A DNA stretch of 64,000 bases, taken from NCBI GenBank assembly GCA_021775755.1, contig JAJFHE010000036.1:52198-116197 (forward strand), written 5' to 3'. Positions 44,361 through 52,395 of the stretch are shown here, in pieces (the stretch's first letter is position 1; every line of letters starts with the position of its first letter). The notes beneath the pieces were generated by a model. It made no database searches and had not been told where the DNA came from. It saw nothing but the letters and a program-made list of their open reading frames with translations. The DNA is from Hyphomicrobiales bacterium. Lineage in GTDB: Bacteria; Pseudomonadota; Alphaproteobacteria; Rhizobiales; JAJFHB01. A program made the position numbers and the translations under genes.

Positions 44361-46097
44361 TCAATCCACAAGCGTTCTGGCCACACGGAAACCGTCGAAC
44401 TTGTTGCTAAGGTAGGATTTAAGCTTGCGGCGGCGGGCCGAGCGGAGATGTTTCATAAATTCGACCCAGGAGCCGCCGCGCTGAACGTGTTGCCCGCAGT
44501 CGCCGCTCATGCGGGCAGAGCCGTCGTTCGGCGCGCCCTCATAGCTGCCGTTCCAGCAATCCTGCACCCACTCGGCGACATTGCCGTGCATGTCGTGCAG
44601 TCCGAAACGATTTATAGTTTGAATTGAAGAGGTGCCGACACTTGCGGTTCTTCGCAGATTCCGTGCTGAACCGTTGTGGTTTGCCTGAAGCGCAGTGATA
44701 AGGCTGCCTGTCGAGAACGGTGTCGTGGTGCCTGCGCGAGCCGCGTATTCCCATTCGGCCTCGGAGAGCAGACGATAGGTTTCGCCGGTCTTTTTTGAGA
44801 GCCACGCAACATATCTCATCGCGCGATTCCACGTGACATTGATCACCGGGCGGTCACCCCGACCCCAACCCTCATCTTCTGGAAGGATATGGCAGCCGCC
44901 TTCGGAATGGCACGCATCCCATTCGGCAAAAGTCACCTCAAACTTGCCCACCGCGAACGGTCGGGGAATTGTCACCCTGCGCTGTGGGCTCTCGTTACTT
45001 TGGTGGCCCTCCTCGCTCTCGGGCGAGCCCATGGTGAACGATCCCGCAGGGACCACCACCATCTGCGGACACACATCGCAGTCGCGGAACTCATCGCCGG
45101 GCTGGTACTGGCCTGTGGGTTGCGGCTGCTCGGGATAGATGCCGACGGCCACCCTGTCTTCCTCCGGTTCGTCTTCAAGCTGTTCCAGCCGCGCCCTCGC
45201 CAACGCCGCATAAAGACCGCCGGGGTATTCTTGAAGAAAGGCTTCAAGCACGGCTTGGCTCTGCGTGTCCTCGACGGCGGCCCACGCCCGCTCCACGGCA
45301 CCGGACGTTGCAGCCGGCTGCGACGGCGATGACGCAGCGGCAGTTCCTGGTACGAAGTAGAAGTCGCCCAGCAGGGACGATTCCTCCCACGGGGTTTGGC
45401 GGCCGGCGGTTTCGTTGCGCACTTGAATGCGGGCGCGCTTGAAGACCTGTTCGATGGGCAGGCCGGGCACTGCGATCGCTGCGGCGAGCGCTCTAGTGTA
45501 GGGCGAGTTGGCGCCATCGCCATCGGCGGCGCTCTCGCCGGGGGCCGCGGCAAAGGCGACGAGCGAGCCGCTCGCAGCTTCCACCCGCGCCAGCCCGCGC
45601 CCACCGGCCCCCCTCGAGCCGCCAAACGGGTTGTCGCGGCAGGCATCGAGGATAACAAGGTTCAGTGCGTTTCCAGCACCCTCCATCTGGGCGAGGATGT
45701 CGGATGCGCTGATGGCTTCAAGGTCGAGGTCCGCCTCATCGAGGATGTTTGCTTTGAGCGGCAGCAGGAAGTTCTGCCCCTGTGACTGCAAGCCGTGGCC
45801 GGCGTAAAAGAACAGCCCGACAGCGTCCGGCCCCGCCGCCCGCAAGGCCCGGCCGAATTCCTGAATGGCCCGGCCCATGGCGCGGCGGTCCGCATCGGTG
45901 ACGGTAATGACCTCAAAACCCACCTCGCGCAGGGTCGCGGCCATGAGGCGGGCATCGTTCTGCGGGTTGGCGAGCGGCGTAATCGCCTCATAGTTCGAGT
46001 TACCGATGATCAGCGCGACGCGTTGTTCGGCGTGCGCATCACTGGCCGTCAAAGTCACAGAAACCGCGGTCAAAATAACGAAGACTATCGCGCGCAT
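44361..46097 (-). CDS. Secreted caspase-like protease (peptidase C14) fused to an FGE-sulfatase/CLec domain
   Basis: Signal peptide ending AHA; RVALIIGN, FFYAGHG, LDACRDNPF; FGLHDMHGNVAEWV, GFRVART. Confidence 0.92.
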   Translation of the reverse strand: MRAIVFVILTAVSVTLTASDAHAEQRVALIIGNSNYEAITPLANPQNDARLMAATLREVGFEVITVTDADRRAMGRAIQEFGRALRAAGPDAVGLFFYAGHGLQSQGQNFLLPLKANILDEADLDLEAISASDILAQMEGAGNALNLVILDACRDNPFGGSRGAGGRGLARVEAASGSLVAFAAAPGESAADGDGANSPYTRALAAAIAVPGLPIEQVFKRARIQVRNETAGRQTPWEESSLLGDFYFVPGTAAASSPSQPAATSGAVERAWAAVEDTQSQAVLEAFLQEYPGGLYAALARARLEQLEDEPEEDRVAVGIYPEQPQPTGQYQPGDEFRDCDVCPQMVVVPAGSFTMGSPESEEGHQSNESPQRRVTIPRPFAVGKFEVTFAEWDACHSEGGCHILPEDEGWGRGDRPVINVTWNRAMRYVAWLSKKTGETYRLLSEAEWEYAARAGTTTPFSTGSLITALQANHNGSARNLRRTASVGTSSIQTINRFGLHDMHGNVAEWVQDCWNGSYEGAPNDGSARMSGDCGQHVQRGGSWVEFMKHLRSARRRKLKSYLSNKFDGFRVARTLVD

Positions 46098-46180
46098 CAA
46101 CGCCTCATGTTGTTGCAATCGGACCGGCAATGCCCCGCCCGGCAGTCGGGTTCCAGATCCAAGAGACACAGACTCCAACT

Positions 46181-47959
46181 TCACGGCTCAAGCGATCTGG
46201 CGACACGGAACCCTATACTTCCAAAGCTGTTGTAATCGGCACCTGCCCTGCGACGACCACTGTTGCTCAATGATTTGCCGTTGTTGTCGAAATTTCCACC
46301 GCGGGACATACGCCAATCGCAATCGCCGTCGGTGCGCGCTGATCCGTCGCTCGGAGCGTCCGAGTAACCTTCGGTCCAACAATCTTCAACAAACTCGGAG
46401 ACATTGCCGTTCATGTCGTGAAGGCCGAACGGATTGGCGGGAAACGAGCCGACCGGCGCGGTGTTCAGCCACTGGTCACGCCCCGAAGCGAGACCTTCGC
46501 AGCACAGATTTTGTTCTTTCCCGTAATTGGCATATTCGTAACTTGGCGACGGCCCCCACCAGTGGGCCTCACGGGTTCCAGCGCGCGCCGCATACTCCCA
46601 CTCGGCTTCCGTAAGCAGACGATATTCCTCTCCGGTCTTACTCGAGAGCCACACCAAGTAGGCTCTGATTCTAACGTTCCACGAAACATTAATGACAGGC
46701 AGCCGGCCGCGTCCCCAACCCTCATCATCGACTGTTCGGCAACCCCCGTCTGCCACGCAGGCGTCCCATTCAGCGAAGGTCACCTCGAACTTGCCGACCG
46801 CAAAGGAACTGCCAAGCGTAACCCTGTGCCGCGGGCCCAAATATTCGGATCGTGCCAGTCCCATCAAGAACGACCCTGCCGGCACCACCACCATGAGCGG
46901 ACACTCATCGCAGTCCTGAAATTCATCTCCCGCCTGCAGATCGGTCGCGGACGGTTGCTCAGGATAGACGCCGACGGCGACGCGGTCCTCTTCCGGCTCG
47001 CCCTGAAGCTCGTTCAACCGCGCTTTGGCAAACTCCGTGTAGAGGCTATCTGGAAACCTCGCGGCGAATGTCTCCAGCACAGCCTCGCTCTGCGTGTTCT
47101 GGATGACCGCCCACGCGCGCTCGTCGGCGCCGGCGGATGTGGATGGCTGCGCCACGGGTTGCTCGGCGCTGCCTGCGCCCGAGAAGTAGAAGTCGCCGGT
47201 CACCTCGTCGTAGTAGGCGGGGCGCTGGTCGTGGGAGACCGTGGTGGCGAGCTTTTGCACCTCGACGCGCACGCGCCGCGCGGTCTGGGTCAGCGACAGC
47301 CCAGGCTGCCGCAGCAGCGGGATCAGGCTGCGGGTGAAGACGGAATTTGGATTTGCATCCGAGTTGGAGAGGCGGTCGAGCGCCGTCTGTCCGACCCCTG
47401 CCGAATAAAGCACGAACGCGCCCTCGGGCGCTTCGAGACGGCCAAGGCCGCGCGTCGCGCCGACACCGCGCGTGCCGTCGCGCGGAAACGGATTGTTGCG
47501 GCAGGCATCGAGCATCAGGATCGCCACACGCGTGCCGCGGCTGCGGATGCGCTGCAGCACCTGATCGACGGCGATAGCCTCCGCGGTAACGAAGTCATCC
47601 TGCCCCGGCTCGACATTGGGAATATCGACCGGCAGGAGATAGTTGCGACCGGCGATCTCGACACCATGGCCGGCGAAAAAGAACAGCGCCTCATCGCCGG
47701 TTTCCAGTTGCGAGGCAAACAGCTGAAGCTGCCGGTTCATCTCGCGGCGCGACACGTTCTCCGCGCGCAGCACGTCAAAGCCCAGCGCGCCAAGCGTTGC
47801 CCCGATGGCGCGCGCGTCGTTGACGGCCTTTTGAAGCTTCGCCACCTGAGCATAGTCGTCATTGCCGATGACCAGTGCGACACGCTTGGCCGATGCGGGA
47901 GCGGCAAGCCCGACGGCCATGCTCAGGATGCACAGAGTTACTGCCAGCGTTCGGCGCAT
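46181..47959 (-). CDS. Secreted caspase-like protease (peptidase C14) fused to an FGE-sulfatase/CLec domain
   Basis: Signal peptide ending ASA; RVALVIGN, FFFAGHG, LDACRNNPF; FGLHDMNGNVSEFV, GFRVARS. Confidence 0.92.
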   Translation of the reverse strand: MRRTLAVTLCILSMAVGLAAPASAKRVALVIGNDDYAQVAKLQKAVNDARAIGATLGALGFDVLRAENVSRREMNRQLQLFASQLETGDEALFFFAGHGVEIAGRNYLLPVDIPNVEPGQDDFVTAEAIAVDQVLQRIRSRGTRVAILMLDACRNNPFPRDGTRGVGATRGLGRLEAPEGAFVLYSAGVGQTALDRLSNSDANPNSVFTRSLIPLLRQPGLSLTQTARRVRVEVQKLATTVSHDQRPAYYDEVTGDFYFSGAGSAEQPVAQPSTSAGADERAWAVIQNTQSEAVLETFAARFPDSLYTEFAKARLNELQGEPEEDRVAVGVYPEQPSATDLQAGDEFQDCDECPLMVVVPAGSFLMGLARSEYLGPRHRVTLGSSFAVGKFEVTFAEWDACVADGGCRTVDDEGWGRGRLPVINVSWNVRIRAYLVWLSSKTGEEYRLLTEAEWEYAARAGTREAHWWGPSPSYEYANYGKEQNLCCEGLASGRDQWLNTAPVGSFPANPFGLHDMNGNVSEFVEDCWTEGYSDAPSDGSARTDGDCDWRMSRGGNFDNNGKSLSNSGRRRAGADYNSFGSIGFRVARSLEP

Positions 47960-48023
47960 GGGCTTGTTCCTTTGTTACGCGTGTGTCGTGTTCCAGGTGC
48001 CTGGAGCGGTATGTGTTCCAATC

Positions 48024-48356
48024 TCAGCAACCAGGTGTCGCGGCCTGACCCACGGCGGTCTCTTCGTAGTTGAAGCGCATGTTATGATCGCGGTCGTGCA
48101 GGTGAACGGTCATGGACGACCCGGCGTTGAACTGAAAATTGCCGAGATATCTGACCGAGGAATCGCCGACATAGCGCACGCAATAGGCGACATCGACACG
48201 CGCGCCGCAGCCGTTTTTGAACTTCCAGTTATGCGTACCCGCAACCTGGTTGACGGTAATGCAGCCAATGGTTTCGGCATTCGTGCGATCGCTCCAAAGC
48301 ATTCCACCGCTTAGCGCGAAAGCAACGAACAGACATGTGAAGGCAAGGTACTTCAT
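48024..48356 (-). CDS. Small secreted hypothetical protein with four mature-region cysteines
   Basis: AGGAG SD, MKYLAFTCLFVAFALSGG signal peptide, 110 aa, same strand as the caspase array. Confidence 0.7.
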   Translation of the reverse strand: MKYLAFTCLFVAFALSGGMLWSDRTNAETIGCITVNQVAGTHNWKFKNGCGARVDVAYCVRYVGDSSVRYLGNFQFNAGSSMTVHLHDRDHNMRFNYEETAVGQAATPGC

Positions 48357-48383
48357 TGGGCTTTCTCCTTGTTATTTGCCATT

Positions 48384-48683
48384 TCAGACGGGCGCAGCGA
48401 CAATCGCCGAAATCGCGCATTCATGATCGGGCCCGGCGTCGCAACTAAAGCGTTCTGACAATGCGGAATCCGGCGGCGTCAGGAACGGCGGCGTCAATCC
48501 GGCGTCAAACTCCCGCAGGGCATCGGCCATGAGGCGTGCGTCGTTTGCCGGATTGGGAAGCGGTGAGATCAGCTCGTAATCGAAATTGCCGATAACCAGT
48601 GCGATGCACTTTTTGGCGATTGCGCCGCCTGCGGTGACACTCATCAGAAACGCAGCCAAAGGGGCCTGGACCATCGTTCGCAT
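48384..48683 (-). pseudogene. Truncated caspase-FGE paralog (signal peptide plus the first ~35 aa of the caspase domain)
   Basis: MRTMVQAPLAAFLMSVTAGGAIAKKCIALVIGNFDYELISPLPNPANDARLMADALRE, then unrelated sequence and a stop; GAGG SD. Confidence 0.75.
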
Positions 48684-48787
48684 GATCGCCTCACATATTA
48701 CGTTCCCAGGCCAGACTAGCGCTTTCGCAAGCGGGCTGTCGTGCCACAGCGTGAAACGATGTTCACGATCATGTGAAGCGGGAGGCG

Positions 48788-49141
48788 CTAGTTGAACGTC
48801 TGCCAGATGGCGTTGGCGATCTCGCCTTCGAGCGGGAAGGACAGCATGCCCATGACCGAATAGCCAAGGATCCAGGGCATGACATAGAAGCGGATGAGGA
48901 AGAAGAACCATGCCACGTAGAGCGGCACCACGAGGTCGAGCAGGAAGCTCGGCGTGATCGGCCTGAACAGCTTGATCAGGGGATCGGTGGCGCGCACGAA
49001 GAACTTCATGAAGAAGAAGTCGCTGTCGATGGGCAGGAACAGGTTCATGGCGGAACGCCCGATGAGCGTCCACATAATGAGGCCCATGACGTAGTCGATC
49101 AGGAGAACCCAGAGCGGGAATGCTGAGAAGGTGTCCGCCAT
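48788..49141 (-). CDS. YggT-like small membrane protein
   Basis: Hydrophobic 117 aa with FFVRATDPLIKLFRPITP, resembling the YggT motif. Confidence 0.65.
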   Translation of the reverse strand: MADTFSAFPLWVLLIDYVMGLIMWTLIGRSAMNLFLPIDSDFFFMKFFVRATDPLIKLFRPITPSFLLDLVVPLYVAWFFFLIRFYVMPWILGYSVMGMLSFPLEGEIANAIWQTFN

Positions 49142-49161
49142 TTGTCTTCTGCGCTGTTCTC

Positions 49162-49196
49162 AAAAAAATCCGGGGCGGGACAATGTCCCGCCCCGG
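49162..49196 (-). terminator. Rho-independent terminator after the sodium:solute symporter
   Basis: CCGGGGCGGGAC-aat-GTCCCGCCCCGG perfect 12-bp stem with an A7 run on its left side (U-run on the minus strand). Confidence 0.85.
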
Positions 49197-49216
49197 TTAT
49201 CGTTCTAACACAAGGG

Positions 49217-51025
49217 TTAGTGTTCTTCAGACAGAATCGGCTTACCGGTCGGGATACGCGTCCGGTCGATCATGTCCTGCGTTTCCGCATCGGGTTCCGG
49301 CGTCATGAGACTGACGACGATCATCAGTATCAAGCTCACCGGCATACCGACAATGCCGAAGCGCAGGTGGTCAATGCCAAGGATCGGCGTGCCACCCGTA
49401 TACACATAATACAGGTAGAATGTGCCAGCGAGAAAACCACCGGCCATACCGGCGATCGCACCCTGGCGCGTTGCACGCTTCCACCAGACACCGAGCACGA
49501 GCGGGAAGAACAGGCCGGAGGCGGCGAAGCAGAATGCCCACGCCACGGCACCGAGGATGCCTGTCAGTTTCAAGCTCGCGACACCTGCACCAGCAGCACC
49601 GATAACGATCAGCAACACTCGCGCGACGATAAGACGGACGCGGGAGTCAGCTTTCGGATCGATGATCTTGTAGTACAGGTCATGGCTCAGTGCGTTCGCG
49701 ATGGCGAGCAGCAGACCGTCGGCGGTCGACATGGCCGCAGCCATACCGCCAGCGGCCACAAGGCCCGAAATCACGTAGGGCAGACCGGCGATCTCCGGCG
49801 TTGCGAGCACGACGATGTCGGGCCGCATGAAGAACTCGTTGATCTGCAACAAGCCGTCCCCATTACTGTCGGATATCGCAAGGAAGCCAACACTGCTCCA
49901 CTTCTGAACCCAGTCAAGCGCCTGCACGTCAGCAAATGCCTTGCCGATAATACCGGTTGCGAGATTGGGATCGAGAACCTGCAGCTTCGTGAGCGTCGCC
50001 AGAGCCGGCGCCGTGAAGTACAGCAGGAAGATGAAGAACAGCGACCAGGCAACCGACTTACGCGCGGCATTCACGGTCGGTGTCGTGAAGTAGCGCATAA
50101 GAATGTGCGGCAGAGAGGCCGTGCCCGTCATCATGCAGAAGGCCAGTGTCACAAACTTCCAGGCCGCCATACCGGTGCCCGGGTCGTTGTGAAGCGTGGT
50201 CAGAATCTTGAGCCTTGGGAAGCTCTCGGTTGCGGCCGTGCCAACACCATGAACGGTTTCGAGTTCCGCGATGCGTGCCACGGCATCGCCGTAGCTGAAG
50301 TGCGGAATAAGGCCGAAGCCCTGCTTGTTGGACATCCAGATAACCGGCGTCAGATAGGCGATGATCAGCACGATGTACTGTGCCACCTGAGTCCAGGTCA
50401 CCGCCCGCATGCCGCCAAGCATGGAGCAGAGAAGAATGCCGAGCAGGCCAAACCAGACGCCAACCTCGAACGGGATTTCAAGCGCGCGGGAGGCAATCGT
50501 CCCCGTTGCGTTGATCTGCGCCGTCACATAGGTAAACGAGGCCACAACAAGCACGATAACCGCGCAGAACCTGGCAAGGTTGCCGCCGTACCGGGTGCCG
50601 ATGAAGTCAGGCACCGTGTAGCAGCCGAACTTGCGTAGATATGGCGCCATCAGCGAGGCCACAAGCACATAGCCGCCGGTCCAGCCGACAACGAAGGCGA
50701 GATAGCCGTGACCACCGAAGTAGACACCACCCGCCAACGCCACGAAGGAAGCACCGGACATCCAGTCCGCGCCCGTCGCCATGCCGTTGAACAAGGCGGG
50801 CACTTCGCGGCCCGCAACGTAATATGCAGAAACCTGCATGGTACGCGACAACCAGCCGATCGCCGCATAGATGAAAATCGTGAATAACACGAACAGAATG
50901 CCGATTGTCTCGGCACTCACGCCCATCTGCTCAAGAATTGCCATGAGCAGAATAAAGGCAATGAACCCGCCCGTATACAGACCGTATACTTTGGGCAGGT
51001 TGTCGACGAATTTACCTTCAATCAT
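49217..51025 (-). CDS. Sodium:solute symporter (ActP-like cation/acetate symporter family)
   Basis: YYVAGREVP, NGMATGADWMSGASF, GGMRAVTWTQVAQY, GTASLPHILMRYFTTP, AAAMSTADGLLL. Confidence 0.93.
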   Translation of the reverse strand: MIEGKFVDNLPKVYGLYTGGFIAFILLMAILEQMGVSAETIGILFVLFTIFIYAAIGWLSRTMQVSAYYVAGREVPALFNGMATGADWMSGASFVALAGGVYFGGHGYLAFVVGWTGGYVLVASLMAPYLRKFGCYTVPDFIGTRYGGNLARFCAVIVLVVASFTYVTAQINATGTIASRALEIPFEVGVWFGLLGILLCSMLGGMRAVTWTQVAQYIVLIIAYLTPVIWMSNKQGFGLIPHFSYGDAVARIAELETVHGVGTAATESFPRLKILTTLHNDPGTGMAAWKFVTLAFCMMTGTASLPHILMRYFTTPTVNAARKSVAWSLFFIFLLYFTAPALATLTKLQVLDPNLATGIIGKAFADVQALDWVQKWSSVGFLAISDSNGDGLLQINEFFMRPDIVVLATPEIAGLPYVISGLVAAGGMAAAMSTADGLLLAIANALSHDLYYKIIDPKADSRVRLIVARVLLIVIGAAGAGVASLKLTGILGAVAWAFCFAASGLFFPLVLGVWWKRATRQGAIAGMAGGFLAGTFYLYYVYTGGTPILGIDHLRFGIVGMPVSLILMIVVSLMTPEPDAETQDMIDRTRIPTGKPILSEEH

Positions 51026-51040
51026 CTCCCCAGAACCCCG

Positions 51041-51304
51041 CTATTCATCTTCGCCGAAGCCGAATTCATGGTCGATTGCATCCTGACGCCAATTCGAAAA
51101 CACGATCAGCAGGACGAAAACGGCCAATGAACCCTGGACGGCCATGTAATAACCCAGCGGGAAGCCCAGAAAGGACATCTCGTTAAGGCTTTGTGCAAAC
51201 CAGTGAACGACAAAAGAGAATATGAACCAGACGATCAAAACGCCGAACGTCAACGTCCGGGTTTTGGCCCAATGGCCCTCTCTTGCTGCATTATCCTGAG
51301 ACAT
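51041..51304 (-). CDS. DUF4212-type small subunit of the sodium:solute symporter
   Basis: HWAKTRTLT, FLGFPLGYYMAVQGS; directly upstream of the symporter; GGGAGGGG SD. Confidence 0.88.
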   Translation of the reverse strand: MSQDNAAREGHWAKTRTLTFGVLIVWFIFSFVVHWFAQSLNEMSFLGFPLGYYMAVQGSLAVFVLLIVFSNWRQDAIDHEFGFGEDE

Positions 51305-51345
51305 ACGTCCCCTCCCATCTAACAGTGCCGGAGGTTCCGGCACGG

Positions 51346-51360
51346 GCAATCACGTCGCCA
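51346..51360 (-). promoter_or_regulatory. Possible sigma-54 promoter of the symporter operon
   Basis: Minus strand TGGCGACGTGATTGC has GG-N10-GC spacing with TTGC, 42 nt upstream of ATG 51304; two mismatches to TGGCAC. Confidence 0.35.
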
Positions 51361-51458
51361 ACTTGCAATTTTGGCAAGTGTGCTGCAGAAACCAAATACC
51401 AGACCGCCACAACCGCGGACAAGTTATACAAAGTGCTAATGATCGGTTTTCCCCTATC

Positions 51459-52133
51459 GTGAGCTTTTCAATCATCAGATTTATCGAGGCGATTCCGCAG
51501 AGCCTGCGGCGTGTTTTCACCATTCGTTTCGACAAGAGCCCGGTCGAAACCGTCGATACGCTGGCGGAGTTCGTACAGACTCGCGCCGCCTACGTCGCGC
51601 AGACGTCGCTCTACGGCTACATCAAGACACGCATGGGTACGCGTTACCGCTACATGTTCGAGGATGAGACGTATGCCGCGTCGATAAACTTCGCGAAGTG
51701 GCGGACCTATGCGTCGTGCCTGTCTGATCTCGCCGTGTTCGCCGCGGCGACGGCAGCGACACGCGACGACCTCAAGGACACCGAGGCGGCGGAGCTTGCG
51801 CGCTTCTGCTTCAACCGGTCGGTCGAGCGGGCATTCGACGATGTCGACGACCCGGCCCTGCCTGAAGAGATCGTTGCGGCGTTTTCGATCCGCGCCGCCG
51901 GGACAAACTGGGACGAGGCCGCGCTCGGCGAGAACGCGTTTGAGAAGAGCCCCGTCGACCTCATCAGATGGGCGCCGATTGCCGATGAGCTCAAGGAGTT
52001 CGACAGCGAGATCGTCATCAACTCCACACGCTTCCGCTGGCGCGACATTCGCGAACAGCTGCGCACGCGGATCGACGGTGGCGGCGTGTGTGCCGACTGG
52101 CGCGAGAACGGTGGAAGTTCCGCCGCCACATAG
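51459..52133 (+). CDS. Conserved hypothetical protein
   Basis: Strong host codon bias; motifs LAEFVQTRAAYVAQTSLYGYIKTRMG and WAPIADELK; start (GTG 51459) uncertain. Confidence 0.7.
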   Translation: MSFSIIRFIEAIPQSLRRVFTIRFDKSPVETVDTLAEFVQTRAAYVAQTSLYGYIKTRMGTRYRYMFEDETYAASINFAKWRTYASCLSDLAVFAAATAATRDDLKDTEAAELARFCFNRSVERAFDDVDDPALPEEIVAAFSIRAAGTNWDEAALGENAFEKSPVDLIRWAPIADELKEFDSEIVINSTRFRWRDIREQLRTRIDGGGVCADWRENGGSSAAT

Positions 52134-52395
52134 CTTTCCGGAAGGCCGCCGGACATGAGTGGCGGAAAGGTTTCGGGTCAAACGTTTCGATACCTCCAAA
52201 TTTTTCCCCCGGAAACTCTCACATTTCAAACTCCGTGCGGCGGCTCATGACCGCGATTTGATACACCGTATGGACAGCGCCTTCGACTTCGGGATCATTG
52301 TGAAACCCTGCACGATCGCGGATTATGGCAGGCAGATCTGCTCAGGCCGCCATGCCTGCCACATGCGATGGAACGAATACTGAAGGCCACCCGAC

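Noticed and set aside
41536-48683. Calling the array a complete diversity-generating retroelement
   Set aside because: No reverse transcriptase, Avd or non-coding template repeat is visible in the window; only the target-like architecture is supported.
48384-49163. The 259-aa ORF as a single gene
   Set aside because: Its first 160 codons overlap the YggT-like gene in another frame; only the part from ATG 48683 has an SD and caspase homology.
43064-50638. Long plus-strand ORFs (43064-44410, 46418-48073, 49142-50638) and many similar antisense ORFs across the window
   Set aside because: They lie antisense to well-supported genes, show no motifs, and are the expected shadows of GC-rich codon usage.
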